The notes beneath the pieces are model-generated. The model was not told where the DNA came from and did not search any database. It saw only the letters and a list, made by a program, of their open reading frames with translations. A DNA stretch of 64,000 nt from Deltaproteobacteria bacterium (lineage in GTDB: Bacteria; Myxococcota_A; Polyangia; Polyangiales; Houyiibacteriaceae), in contig JAXMNT010000001.1 of assembly GCA_034670305.1 (NCBI GenBank), positions 288,001 through 352,000 on the forward strand, written 5' to 3'. A program made the translations under genes and the position numbers. Within the stretch, counting starts at the first letter, position 1, and every line of letters starts with the position of its first letter. Positions 41,101-50,422 of the stretch are shown piece after piece.

Positions 41101-42459
41101 CGCCACACCTCGCTGCTCGTCCTCGAGAGCGAAGCGATGTTCCGCGCCTTTGGCGTCGACCGCGCGCGCCCGACGCTGCAGTGGACCGGCGAAGAAGACA
41201 TGGAGTTCGGAAGCACGCAGGGGCAACTCAACGCCTTGGGGTACACCGGGTCGGGCGCAGGCGGTGGAGGGGTGGGCTCCGGACGCGGCTCACTGGGTGG
41301 GCTCGCGACTGGCGCCTCGGCTCGGCCAGCGCGCGCGCCCGGGCGTACTCGGACCGCGAGCGCGCGGGCCGCGGGCAACCTGGACGACATGCTCGCGGGC
41401 GCGCTCGGTGGGGCCGACGAAGAGGCGCCGCGCGAACAGGAGCGACGCGACAACGTCGGTGTTCGTCAGGGCGTCGCGGAATCCGCCGTGCCGGATGCCA
41501 CCGTGGCGCCGGTCACGCGCAGCAGCAGGCGCCGTGGCCCCGGTCAGTGGATGCGCAAGATCTGGTACCGCGAAGGACGGATCAACACGGGCGGCCGCTC
41601 GACCGAACGGGACATGGAAGCGGTGCGCGAAGCAGAGACCCTGCTGCGCGCCCAGCCGGACAGCCGCGACCGCCATCGGTCGCTCGTGCGGGCCCTGTCC
41701 CGAGCGGGTGAACTCGAGCGGGCCGAAGAGGTCGCCCGCGACTGGATCGAACGCGACCGCCTCGACCCCGAAGCGCTCACCTACCTGAGCGACGTCGTTG
41801 GACGTCAGGGCAAGCGGGACCTCGCGCTGCGGCTGCTCAGCGGCATCGTGGATCTCGAGCCGGACAACGTGACCCTGCAAGAGCGCATGGCGAATGCGTT
41901 CGAGCGGGCGGGCAAAGCGGAGCGGGCCTGTGCCCACCGCGTGGCCCTGGCAGAGATTCGTCCCGGCGACGAGGATCTGGTCGCCGACGCGATGCGCTGT
42001 GAACGCGCGCTGGGGCGGAGTCCCGCTGCGGAGCGACTGCTCGGCCGCGTGGACGGTGACGACCGAGACGATGTGCGCTCGGCATCCGAACGCGCACCGA
42101 CGCCGGAACGGGTCCGGGGCGATTTGCTCCTCACCGCGAACTGGACCGGAAGCAGCGATGTGGACCTCACGCTCGTGACCCCGCAAGGCACGCGCTTGAG
42201 CTGGATGGGTGGTCGCACCAACGTCGTCGGCGACGACGCGGAGCGCATCGGCCGCGAGCGCCTCGGGCTGCGCCGGGCAGGCGTCGGCACCTACTACATC
42301 GAGGTCAACCGGGTGGACCCGACCGACCGCACGCCCATCCGCGGACAGATCGAAATCCGCGCGCTGGACGAACGCCGCACCATCGACTTCGACCTGCAAG
42401 GCCTGAACACGACGGCGGGCAGCGTGCGGGTGGTGAGGCGTTGGAGAATGGGCCGCTAG
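38173..42459 (+). CDS. Large anti-sigma-like fusion: TM-FecR-VIT-vWA-TPR protein
   Basis: TM MIFGGVVLAAAASVGLYFGI; FecR VQVLGTKF/VTRGAV; VIT ARTEIEETFRN..LEGVYRFPLP; vWA DASQS, GDG; TPR-like C-terminus; GTGA overlap with ECF gene. Confidence 0.85.
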   Translation: MSRAMSDLETFKDELAAVVDGDAAALERFADLLADSDEARDLRHEASRAAEKVREAGADFEMPADLEARVLAAIDAVAHPEATPAEPAAGQTEVSGFAPTGAMPVTESPHVAEPVAAAKSPSIPEADARWAGGKTAPPAESQAPQTASSSADTQVDAAPTPITKKRPRAPMIFGGVVLAAAASVGLYFGIDAMNGDTSETVAAGDGLTGTLARVARSADDQVSGVSLDGAPMGEGQAIAAGSTIVTDARSRARIDLSDGSQIVVDQDSAVVIGANGRSVNLQRGQLLAEVAHLENGPLATYETPSGVVQVLGTKFLLTASDDRASVRVTRGAVRVHANGESVEVKTGQEGLMRAGGNPHVVPAVDLAGSVAWSELDPNQADDVPVPGIGELRAHKPGEREDSERPLTLAHHRVSVRIVGNVARTEIEETFRNDSTDELEGVYRFPLPPDARIASLGLEVDGRWEQGAFVAKDRAQQIWRGVIRNATPESQRQQEEFIWVPGPWHDPALLEWQQGGRFELRIFPIGAQSERRVRISYEQTIAPHGEGRRYVYPLAHAEDESTRVGHFEVDMRIAGDAQPKARGYEMTRETERTGSATAERMRFSAQNFRPSGDLVVDYQTPGDDAEMQYWTYRGQATAAPVEQSREGDEAVIREQRRLHEDGRGYAVFALRPELPGWAAAESRDYMILVDASQSMIGERYARAQRLVEGMIGEMDRRDRVTVLACDVDCRAPDGPLAVPSSATAAAMREFLEKEDPAGASDLVASLRSALEHASRIRGQGNDRELHVVYVGDGMASVGPRHAGSLGAESEAMMAGRGSLTTVGIGQDADTNVLREMARGGAGHYVPFVPGQRTRAAALAVLETTYGVALERATIEMPSGVAEISPAQLPTIRSGQEVLVAARLDRNDVEGEVVLRGKVGGRPFEQRYPVNLTASTAAGNAFVPRLWAAATIEALDLKGQSEDTSRIVALSKGFGVMSRHTSLLVLESEAMFRAFGVDRARPTLQWTGEEDMEFGSTQGQLNALGYTGSGAGGGGVGSGRGSLGGLATGASARPARAPGRTRTASARAAGNLDDMLAGALGGADEEAPREQERRDNVGVRQGVAESAVPDATVAPVTRSSRRRGPGQWMRKIWYREGRINTGGRSTERDMEAVREAETLLRAQPDSRDRHRSLVRALSRAGELERAEEVARDWIERDRLDPEALTYLSDVVGRQGKRDLALRLLSGIVDLEPDNVTLQERMANAFERAGKAERACAHRVALAEIRPGDEDLVADAMRCERALGRSPAAERLLGRVDGDDRDDVRSASERAPTPERVRGDLLLTANWTGSSDVDLTLVTPQGTRLSWMGGRTNVVGDDAERIGRERLGLRRAGVGTYYIEVNRVDPTDRTPIRGQIEIRALDERRTIDFDLQGLNTTAGSVRVVRRWRMGR

Positions 42460-42480
42460 CGCTAGAAGCGAACTGTGAGG

Positions 42481-42516
42481 AAGGGGGGATGCGCCGAGAC
42501 TGGTGCGTCCCCCTTT
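42481..42516. terminator. Probable intrinsic terminator hairpin
   Basis: AAGGGGGGATGCGCC / GGTGCGTCCCCCTT stem about 20 nt after stop. Confidence 0.55.
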
Positions 42517-42524
42517 CTGCGTCA

Positions 42525-42790
42525 GCGTTGGCGGTCGCTGCTGTTGCGGTTGCGGTTGCTGTTGCTGTTGCTGCCACTGCCACTGCCACTGCCACTGCCA
42601 CTGCCACTGCCACTGCCACTGCCACTGCCACTGCCACTGCCTCCGATCCGACACCGAAGCCGAAGCCGAAGCCGAAGCCGAAGCCGAAGCCGAAGCCGAA
42701 ACCGAAACCGAAACCGAAGCCGACACGGACACCGACACCGACACCGACGACACCGACACGGACGACACCGACACCGACGACACCGACGCT
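42525..42790. repeat. Composite hexamer array: (GTTGCG/GTTGCT) + 11 perfect CTGCCA + (GCCGAA/ACCGAA/ACCGAC)
   Basis: Successive 6-nt unit blocks, ending in 9-nt GACACCGAC variants. Confidence 0.92.
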
Positions 42791-42866
42791 GCCGAGGCCC
42801 AATCCGACCTGACGTGCGATCGAAGCCTAAGGCTCGCCTGTCCCGGTTTGGGGTAGGCTCGCGGGG

Positions 42867-44276
42867 ATGACTCGAACGCTCTGCAGGTGTGCTGCTCTCT
42901 CCCTCCTCCTCGCGCTCGCCGCCTGCGGCGACGACGACACGTCGGCCGCCGATGCCGGGACGCGCGATGCGCCTGGCCTGGACGCGCCTGGCGTGGACGC
43001 GCCTGGCACCGACGCGCCCGGCGTGGACGCGCCCGCTGTCGACGCACCTGGTGTCGACGCGTTCGTACCGCCCACGTTTGGGTGCGGGGTGCTTCCGCCT
43101 TCGACCGGCACGGAGATGCGCATCGGGCCGGACCGCGCCGACGAACTTCCGCAGATCGTGCGCGACGCGCCGACCGGCACCGTGATCCTGCTCGAAGACG
43201 GCACGTACCGCATCGGGCCCGATGGCGAAGGCAACCGGCGGCTTCAGTTCCACACCCCAGGCGTGACGCTTCGGTCCGTTTCCAACGACGCGACCACCGT
43301 GATCCTCGACGGCGAGTACCGGACCAACGAGACGATCTTCATCGACGCGGACGACGTGACCATCGCGCACATCACGGTCACGCACGCGATCGATCACGGC
43401 ATCCACGTCACCGGCGCGGCGCCCGGCAACACCGAACGCACCATCCTTCATGGATTGCGGATGATCGACCACGGCGAACAGTTCGTGAAGGTGAACGCCA
43501 ACGGAGAGCGCACGGCGTTTGCGGACGACGGCGTGCTCGCGTGTTCTCACTTCGAACTCACCGATGCGGGCCGACCGAACATCGAGCGCTCCCCGGGAGG
43601 CTGCTACACCGGCGGCATCGACACCCACGGTGGGCGGGGCTGGCACATCTACGGCAACCGGTTCGAGGACATCTACTGCGCGGGCGAAGGGCTCGCCGAA
43701 CACGCGATTCACTTCTGGAGCGCGAGCCGAGACACGCTCGTCGAGCACAACGTCATCGTGAACTGCGCGCGCGGGATCGGGTTCGGTCTGGTCGAGAACG
43801 GAGGGGAGCGCGACTACGCGGACAACCCGTACCCCGATGTCTCGACGTACATCGGCCACTACGACGGCATCATCCGCGGCAACTCGATCTTCGCCGACAT
43901 CGACTTCTACGACACCGGCATCGAGCTCGCTCAAGCGCGGGGCGCGCGGGTGCTTCACAACACGGTGGTCTCGAGCGCCGACGCGTCCGGGTTCTTCAGT
44001 TCGATCGACTACCGGTTCCCGAGCACCGACGTCGAGATCCGAAACAACCTCGTGCGGCGCATCACGCGGCGCGGCGACGCGAACGGCACGGTCGAGAACA
44101 ACCTCGAAGCGGCGCCGCTCGATCTCTTCGTGGACCCCGCCGCGGGAGATCTGCATCTGCAGGCCAGCGCGGCCGCGGCGATCGACCAAGGCGTCGCCAC
44201 CCCAGGGGCCGGCCTGGATCTCGACGGCGAGACCCGCGACGATGGCGCACCGGACCTCGGGGCGGACGAGCACTGA
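42867..44276 (+). CDS. Right-handed parallel beta-helix lipoprotein with DAPG-x repeat linker
   Basis: Lipobox LAAC; 15-nt DAPGV repeats; Asn-ladder beta-helix motifs; C-terminal DLHL..AIDQG..PDLGADE. Confidence 0.8.
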   Translation: MTRTLCRCAALSLLLALAACGDDDTSAADAGTRDAPGLDAPGVDAPGTDAPGVDAPAVDAPGVDAFVPPTFGCGVLPPSTGTEMRIGPDRADELPQIVRDAPTGTVILLEDGTYRIGPDGEGNRRLQFHTPGVTLRSVSNDATTVILDGEYRTNETIFIDADDVTIAHITVTHAIDHGIHVTGAAPGNTERTILHGLRMIDHGEQFVKVNANGERTAFADDGVLACSHFELTDAGRPNIERSPGGCYTGGIDTHGGRGWHIYGNRFEDIYCAGEGLAEHAIHFWSASRDTLVEHNVIVNCARGIGFGLVENGGERDYADNPYPDVSTYIGHYDGIIRGNSIFADIDFYDTGIELAQARGARVLHNTVVSSADASGFFSSIDYRFPSTDVEIRNNLVRRITRRGDANGTVENNLEAAPLDLFVDPAAGDLHLQASAAAAIDQGVATPGAGLDLDGETRDDGAPDLGADEH

Positions 44277-44441
44277 CGGCGGTTCTTGGGCACGGACCAC
44301 GAACGAGTTCGCACCGGCGGCCTACGGTCGACCGACATGGCGGGACCGCCGGCTGAGCCCGCGAGACGGGGTCGGCGAGATCACAATGGACCGAGCGCCG
44401 GCGTGACCGGACTGGCACGGAGGATGCTCTGTGGTGTGGCC

Positions 44442-45161
44442 ATGCGTCGTTGGCACATTCTGACCCTGCTCGTTCTGCTCGGCTCGGCCTCCGCGGCCTA
44501 CGCCTGTTCCCTCGCGCCGGAAGCGAGCCCAGGTGAAGTGCTCGGCTACGCGCAGTACGTGCCGGCCGACTCCGCGGGTGGGGTGCTGCCGGCGAACGTC
44601 GCTGGGCGCGTGGATGTTGGCGAGTCGTTCGTCAGCGAAGGCATCGAGTTCTTCCGCTACCCGGAAGGCACCCGAACCGTGGACGTGGGCGGCACCTCGA
44701 TCGAGGTAGGCACCACCGCAGACACCACGCCGCCCAGCACACCCATCGTGCGCGACGCGAACCTGAGCGCGAGCGGTTCCGGCTGCGGGGCCTACACCTG
44801 CGGCCGCATCCAGACCTTCCACTTCGACATCGAAGCGACCGACGACGTCGCGCCAAACGAGCGGCTGACCTACGCGATCTACCTGGCCGATGCGCCCGGC
44901 CGTTTCGTGCCGGAGCCGGACCATCTTCTGGTGCGCGACAACGGCGACATCTGGGCGTTCGGCAACGACGACGACGAAGGCGCCACCACCTACGTCCAGG
45001 TCCGTGCGATCGACCAGGCGGGCAACGTCAGTGCGTTGAGCGAGCCGTTCCTCGTCGACACGGGGGAGGGTGGCTGCAGCGCGGCCGCGAGGCCGCGGGC
45101 CGGGTTGGGGATCCCGGTGCTGTTCGCGCTCCTTTGGCTGCGGCGGCGACGCACCAGGTAG
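44442..45161 (+). CDS. Secreted protein with MYXO-CTERM sorting signal
   Basis: Signal peptide; VRAIDQAGNVS; C-terminal GGCSA..hydrophobic..LRRRR. Confidence 0.8.
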   Translation: MRRWHILTLLVLLGSASAAYACSLAPEASPGEVLGYAQYVPADSAGGVLPANVAGRVDVGESFVSEGIEFFRYPEGTRTVDVGGTSIEVGTTADTTPPSTPIVRDANLSASGSGCGAYTCGRIQTFHFDIEATDDVAPNERLTYAIYLADAPGRFVPEPDHLLVRDNGDIWAFGNDDDEGATTYVQVRAIDQAGNVSALSEPFLVDTGEGGCSAAARPRAGLGIPVLFALLWLRRRRTR

Positions 45162-45165
45162 GCGC

Positions 45166-45350
45166 GGGCTGCCGTGGTCTCTGCCGGTCGCTGCCACTGC
45201 CTCTGCCGCTGACTCTGCCGCTGCCGCTGCCGCTGCCCGCTGCCGCTGCCGCTGCCACTGCCCGCTGCCGCTGCCGCTGCCGCTGCCACTGCCACTGCCA
45301 CTGCCACTGTCACTGCCTGCTGCCGCTGCCGCCGCCACTGCCGCTGCCGG
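45166..45350. repeat. Degenerate hexamer array (GCCGCT/GCCACT)
   Basis: 6-nt period immediately after TAG stop. Confidence 0.88.
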
Positions 45351-45430
45351 GAACCGGCGGCAGTCGCATTCGCCCGCCGGCATGACGCGGTGCGTTGAAT
45401 GGGGTTCGGGTCGGTGGTAAGTCCATCGGC

Positions 45431-46618
45431 ATGAGCCTTCCCCTCTCTCAGCGGCTGGGGCGCATCCAGCCCTCCGCCACGGTTGCCATCACGCAAAAGG
45501 GTCGCGAGCTGAAGGCGAAGGGCATCGACGTGCTCTCGTTCAGCCTTGGCGAACCGGACTTCGACACGCCCGCACACATCCGCGAAGCGGCGAAGAAGGC
45601 GATCGACCAGGGCGCGACTCGGTACACCGCGGCGCGCGGGACCGACGAGCTCCGTCTGGCGATCGCGGCGCGTTCGGCGAAGCGGCGCGGCATCGAACAC
45701 ACCGCGAACGAAGTCGTCGTCTCGGTCGGCGCGAAGCACACCCTCTTCAACCTGGCGCTCGCACTCTACGATCCGGGCGACGAGGTCGTCATTCCGGCGC
45801 CGTACTGGGTGAGCTACCCGGAGCAGGTGAACTTCACCGGCGCGACGTCGGTGATCGTCGAGACGACGGCGGACAGTGGCTACCGCATGAGCGCGGCGCA
45901 GCTGGAAGCCGCGCTCACCCCGAAGACCAAAGCGGTCATTCTCTGCAGCCCGAGCAACCCGACCGGCGCCGCCTACACCGAGGCGCAGCTCAAAGCGCTG
46001 GCCGACGTGCTCGAGCCGCACGACTGCTGGATCTTGGTCGACGAGATCTACGGTGAGCTCGTCTACGGCGACTTTCAGCAGCGCTCCATCCTCGAGGTCG
46101 CGCCCCAATTGCGCGACCGGGTCGTGATCGTCGACGGCGTCAGCAAGACCTACGCGATGACCGGATGGCGCATCGGCTGGATGCTCGCGCCTGAGCACCT
46201 CGCCAACGCGTGCAACAAAGTCCAGGGACAGTCGACGACCAACCCGACTTCGAACGCGCAGGTCGCTGCGATCGCAGCGCTCGAGGGCCCGCAGGAATGC
46301 GTCTCCGACTTTCGCGCGGCGTTCGAAGCGCGGCGGGGTCGCCTCGTTGCGGGCGTCAACGCGATCGAAGGGCTGAGTTGCCCGACGCCGGACGGGGCGT
46401 TCTACGTGTTCGTGAACGTCGAGCCGCTGCTTGGACGCGGGCCGCTCGCGACCGACGTGGACGTGTGCAGCTACCTGCTCGAGAAAGCGCACTGTGCGCT
46501 TGTGCCGGGCAGCGCGTTCGGTGCGCCTGGCCACTTCCGCATGAGCTACGCCTGCAGCGAGGCCCAGATCGACGACGGCCTCGGCCGCATCCAGCGCGCG
46601 CTGGCGTCGCTCGCATGA
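45431..46618 (+). CDS. Class I PLP-dependent (aspartate-type) aminotransferase
   Basis: GEPDFDTP, PYWVSY, SPSNPTG, DEIY, SKTYAMTGWRIG. Confidence 0.95.
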   Translation: MSLPLSQRLGRIQPSATVAITQKGRELKAKGIDVLSFSLGEPDFDTPAHIREAAKKAIDQGATRYTAARGTDELRLAIAARSAKRRGIEHTANEVVVSVGAKHTLFNLALALYDPGDEVVIPAPYWVSYPEQVNFTGATSVIVETTADSGYRMSAAQLEAALTPKTKAVILCSPSNPTGAAYTEAQLKALADVLEPHDCWILVDEIYGELVYGDFQQRSILEVAPQLRDRVVIVDGVSKTYAMTGWRIGWMLAPEHLANACNKVQGQSTTNPTSNAQVAAIAALEGPQECVSDFRAAFEARRGRLVAGVNAIEGLSCPTPDGAFYVFVNVEPLLGRGPLATDVDVCSYLLEKAHCALVPGSAFGAPGHFRMSYACSEAQIDDGLGRIQRALASLA

Positions 46619-47889
46619 AGATCTACGAACGCGGCGACGCAGCCTACGCGAAGACCCTTGCGCAGCTCTCCCGCCGCGGTGACGCGGACCTGGCGCGGGT
46701 GGAGACCGCCGTGCGCGCGATCCTCAACGAGGTGAAGAGCGACGGCGACGACGGTGTGCGGGCTGCGACCGAGCGCTTCGAGTCCCGCCTTCAGACCGAC
46801 GTGCGCTTGGACGAGGCCGATTGGCGGGCCCGCGCCGAAGAGACACCCGACGCCGCGAAAGCAGCGCTGCGCGAAGCGGCCGATCGGATCCGGCGCTACC
46901 ACGAACACCAGGTGGATCACGGCTTCCGCTACACCGAGGACGGCATCGAACTCGGTCAGCGGGTGCGGCCCATCGGCGCGGTCGGGGTCTACGCACCCGG
47001 CGGCAAAGCGCGCTACCCGAGCACGGTGCTGATGACGGCGGTCGTCGCGCAAGTGGCGGGTGTGCCGCGCATCGTACTCGCGACGCCGAACCCGACGCCG
47101 GAGCTGCTCTACGCGGCGCTCGTCTCCGGCGTGACCGAGGTCGTGGACGCGGGCGGTGCGCAAGCGATTGGCGCCTTGGCGTACGGGACCGAGACGGTCA
47201 CCCGCGTCGACAAGATCGTCGGGCCCGGCAACCTCTACGTCGCATGCGCCAAGCGACTCGTGTTCGGCATCGTCGACATCGACTCGATCGCCGGGCCCAG
47301 CGAGATCCTGGTCGTCGCGGACGACGACGCGAAGCCGAACGTGGTCGCCGCGGATCTGTTGAGCCAAGCCGAACACGACGAAGACGCGTACCCACTGCTC
47401 GTCACGCTCAGCCGCAGCCACGCCGACGCGATCGCCGCCGAGGTCGAACGGCAGCTGGCGTCGTTGCCGCGCCGGGCCATCGCCGAGGCGAGCGTGCGCG
47501 ACAACGGTCACTGCTTCGTGGCGGGGTCGCTGGAAGAAGCGGCGCGCGTGGCCGACGCACTGGCGGCCGAACACCTCGCGCTCGCGGTCGCGGATCCGGA
47601 CGCCCTCTTGGCCAACATCGGCGCGGTGGGCGCGGCGTTCCTCGGGTACCACACCCCCGAAGCCGCGGGCGACTACGCCGCCGGCCCAAGCCACGTGTTG
47701 CCCACCGGCGGTGCGGCGCGGTTCGCGAGCCCGCTCGGGGTCTACGACTTCATCGTGCGCACCAGCCTCATCCGCTACGACGCGGCCTCGATCAACGCGC
47801 AGGCCGATCTGCTGGAGGGCCTCGCCCGTCTCGAGGGGCTCGAAGCCCACGCCCGGGCGGTGGCGGCCCGGCGATCGTCACCAAAGTGA
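46615..47889 (+). CDS. hisD: Histidinol dehydrogenase
   Basis: YAPGGKARYPS, GGAQAI, GPGNLYV, AGPSE, QAEHD, AEHL, GPSHVLPT. Confidence 0.97.
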   Translation: MKIYERGDAAYAKTLAQLSRRGDADLARVETAVRAILNEVKSDGDDGVRAATERFESRLQTDVRLDEADWRARAEETPDAAKAALREAADRIRRYHEHQVDHGFRYTEDGIELGQRVRPIGAVGVYAPGGKARYPSTVLMTAVVAQVAGVPRIVLATPNPTPELLYAALVSGVTEVVDAGGAQAIGALAYGTETVTRVDKIVGPGNLYVACAKRLVFGIVDIDSIAGPSEILVVADDDAKPNVVAADLLSQAEHDEDAYPLLVTLSRSHADAIAAEVERQLASLPRRAIAEASVRDNGHCFVAGSLEEAARVADALAAEHLALAVADPDALLANIGAVGAAFLGYHTPEAAGDYAAGPSHVLPTGGAARFASPLGVYDFIVRTSLIRYDAASINAQADLLEGLARLEGLEAHARAVAARRSSPK

Positions 47890-48080
47890 CGTCAGCCATC
47901 TGACACCGCGCCCTTCTGCGCCCGAAGATGGGCGCAGCATTGGGAAAAACGTGGTGTTTCCTGGGAACACCGCCAAGGCTCGGCGCGTGCACGCTTCTTG
48001 CTCTGTCCTTGGCCAGTGTGTGACTGGGCGCGCTCGTCGCGTCCGATTCTCTCTCTCATAGACAAACCCAACCCAACCCT

Positions 48081-48121
48081 GAGCGGGCCTGCTTCGTGTG
48101 GAGGCAGGCCTGCTCTTAATT
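48081..48121 (+). terminator. Intrinsic terminator-like hairpin
   Basis: 15-bp stem GAGCGGGCCTGCTTC/GAGGCAGGCCTGCTC (two G-U) followed by TTAATT. Confidence 0.55.
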
Positions 48122-48191
48122 CTGGGGCCGGACGCTGGCGCCACGCACGGCGTTGACTCGCTCAAATGGGTCACCTACATGTGGCCGCCTG

Positions 48192-49691
48192 ATGAGCAGC
48201 CTACGTTTGTACGACACGCTGAGCGGTGAGAAGAAGCCGTTCGAGACCGAGGAGCCCGGCAAGGCGAAGGTCTACGTGTGTGGACCGACCGTCTACGACT
48301 TCGCGCACCTCGGGCACGCCCGCTGCTACATCGTGTACGACGTGCTGGTCCGGCACCTGCGCGCGACCGGCGTCGAGGTGAACTACGTCCGCAACATCAC
48401 GGACATCGACGACAAGATCATCAAGCGGGCCGCCGAGAACGGCGAGGAACCGGACGTCTTGGCGCAGCGGTTCACGCATGCGTTCCAAGCCGACATGCGC
48501 ACGCTCGGCAACGTGGACCCGGACATCGAGCCGAAGGTGAGCGAACACCTGCCGCAGATCCACACCATGGTGCAGGCCCTCATCGACAAGGGGCACGCCT
48601 ACGAGTCGGACGGTGACGTCTACTTCTCGGTCGAGTCGTACGCCGACTACGGCAAACTCTCCCACCGCAAACTCGACGCGATGGAGGCCGGTGCGTCCGG
48701 TCGACTCGACGAGGCGCAGGCCCAACGAAAGCGCCACCCAGCCGACTTCGCGCTCTGGAAGAAGTCGGCCGAGGGCGAAAAGGGCTGGGACAGTCCCTGG
48801 GGAGCGGGCCGACCGGGCTGGCACATCGAGTGCTCTGTGATGTCGACCGAACACCTCGGCCACACGCTCGACCTTCACGGCGGTGGTCTCGATCTGGTGT
48901 TCCCGCACCACGAGAACGAACTCGCGCAGGCCGAATGCGCGACGGGGCATACGTTCGCGCGCCACTGGATGCACAACGGGTTCGTCGAGGTCGACAAGAC
49001 CAAGATGAGCAAGAGCCTCGGCAACTTCTTCACGGCGCGCGAACTCTTCGAGCGCATGGAACCGGAGGCGATCCGCTACTTCATGATGACGGTGCACTTC
49101 CGCGCGCCGCTCAACTTGGACTGGACGATCGACGACGAAGGCAACGTCACCGGCTTCCCGCAGTTCGAAGAAGCGGAGCGCCGGGTGGAGTACCTCTACG
49201 CCACGCGCCGCCGCCTCGACACGTTGCCCAAGAAGCGTGTCGTGCCGCGCTCGGACATCGCCGCCCCGGAGATCCAGAACTTCCCAGCCGCGCTCCGAGA
49301 GGCGCTCGACGACGACCTCAACATGCCGGTCGCGCTCGCGCATCTGGCCGAGTTTCTCAAAGCGGTGAACGAACTCTGCGACGCCGCGCTTCGCAAGAAG
49401 GGCGTCATCGGTCTCAACGTCGTCGAAGCCACACTCGAGGGGTTCACGGCATTGCACGCAGAGCTCGGACTCGGTGGCCAGAAGGCGCTTCATTTGCTCG
49501 AGCGGATCCGCGACCGGCGCGCTGCGGCCGCGGGCATCACCCCCGAGTTCGTCGAGGGCCAGATCGTGGCGCGCGCGGACGCACGGGACGCGAAAGACTT
49601 CGAACAAGCGGACGCGATTCGCACCGAGCTCTCGGCCCGGGGCGTGGAGCTGCACGACAGCCCCGACGGCACCACCTGGTCGATGAGCTAG
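48192..49691 (+). CDS. cysS: Cysteine--tRNA ligase
   Basis: [37 protein letters not shown]. Confidence 0.98.
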   Translation: MSSLRLYDTLSGEKKPFETEEPGKAKVYVCGPTVYDFAHLGHARCYIVYDVLVRHLRATGVEVNYVRNITDIDDKIIKRAAENGEEPDVLAQRFTHAFQADMRTLGNVDPDIEPKVSEHLPQIHTMVQALIDKGHAYESDGDVYFSVESYADYGKLSHRKLDAMEAGASGRLDEAQAQRKRHPADFALWKKSAEGEKGWDSPWGAGRPGWHIECSVMSTEHLGHTLDLHGGGLDLVFPHHENELAQAECATGHTFARHWMHNGFVEVDKTKMSKSLGNFFTARELFERMEPEAIRYFMMTVHFRAPLNLDWTIDDEGNVTGFPQFEEAERRVEYLYATRRRLDTLPKKRVVPRSDIAAPEIQNFPAALREALDDDLNMPVALAHLAEFLKAVNELCDAALRKKGVIGLNVVEATLEGFTALHAELGLGGQKALHLLERIRDRRAAAAGITPEFVEGQIVARADARDAKDFEQADAIRTELSARGVELHDSPDGTTWSMS

Positions 49692-49697
49692 GCGCAC

Positions 49698-50345
49698 ATG
49701 CCGAGCTACCGCTACGCGTACTTCCATGGGTTCGGATCGAGCCCGAAGGCACACAAGGGCCTGGAGCTGCGGACGCGGTACAAATCGCGCGACGTCGACC
49801 TCTGGTTGCCCGATCTCAACCGTCCTTCGTTTGGCCGGTTGAGCCAGCGGGCGATGCTCCGGTACCTGGAAGAGGTCGACGGCGGCAAAGGCCCGACGTG
49901 GCGCATCATCGGCTCTTCTCTTGGCGGGTGGCTCGCGGCGGCGTTCGCCGAGAAGCACCCCGACCGGGTGGATGCGCTGGTGCTCCTGTGTCCAGGCTTC
50001 GGCCTCGCCAAACGGTGGGGCACGATCATGGGACCGGAGGCGATGAAGGAGTGGGGTGAGAAGGGAGAGCTGCCGATCCCGAACGGCGCCGGCGAGCTCA
50101 TTCCCGTGCACTTCGGCTTCTTCCTCGAAGCGCAAGAGATGCCGCCCGCGCCGCGGGTCTCGTGCCCAACCCTCATCATTCATGGCAGCCGCGACGAGAC
50201 GGTGCCGGCCGAGTCCTCGCGCCGATACGCGGGCCCGCGCGCCCACATCCGTCTGATCGAAGTGGACGACGACCACAGCCTCCACGCCTCGATCGACGTG
50301 ATCGACATGGAGTCCTGGCGGCATTTCGAGCGCACCTCTTCCTAA
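49698..50345 (+). CDS. YqiA/YcfP-family esterase
   Basis: HGFGSSP, GSSLGG, IIHGSRDETVP, DDDHSL. Confidence 0.88.
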   Translation: MPSYRYAYFHGFGSSPKAHKGLELRTRYKSRDVDLWLPDLNRPSFGRLSQRAMLRYLEEVDGGKGPTWRIIGSSLGGWLAAAFAEKHPDRVDALVLLCPGFGLAKRWGTIMGPEAMKEWGEKGELPIPNGAGELIPVHFGFFLEAQEMPPAPRVSCPTLIIHGSRDETVPAESSRRYAGPRAHIRLIEVDDDHSLHASIDVIDMESWRHFERTSS

Positions 50346-50422
50346 GAAGCATGTCGAACGCAGCCCAGTCCTTCTTCTGAGACTGGACGAGTGCACCACC
50401 GGTGAGAGACCATGTGCTCCGG

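Noticed and set aside
42960-43060. 15-nt DAPG-x tandem repeat as part of the hexamer system
   Set aside because: Different period, with codon variation; an ordinary lipoprotein linker.
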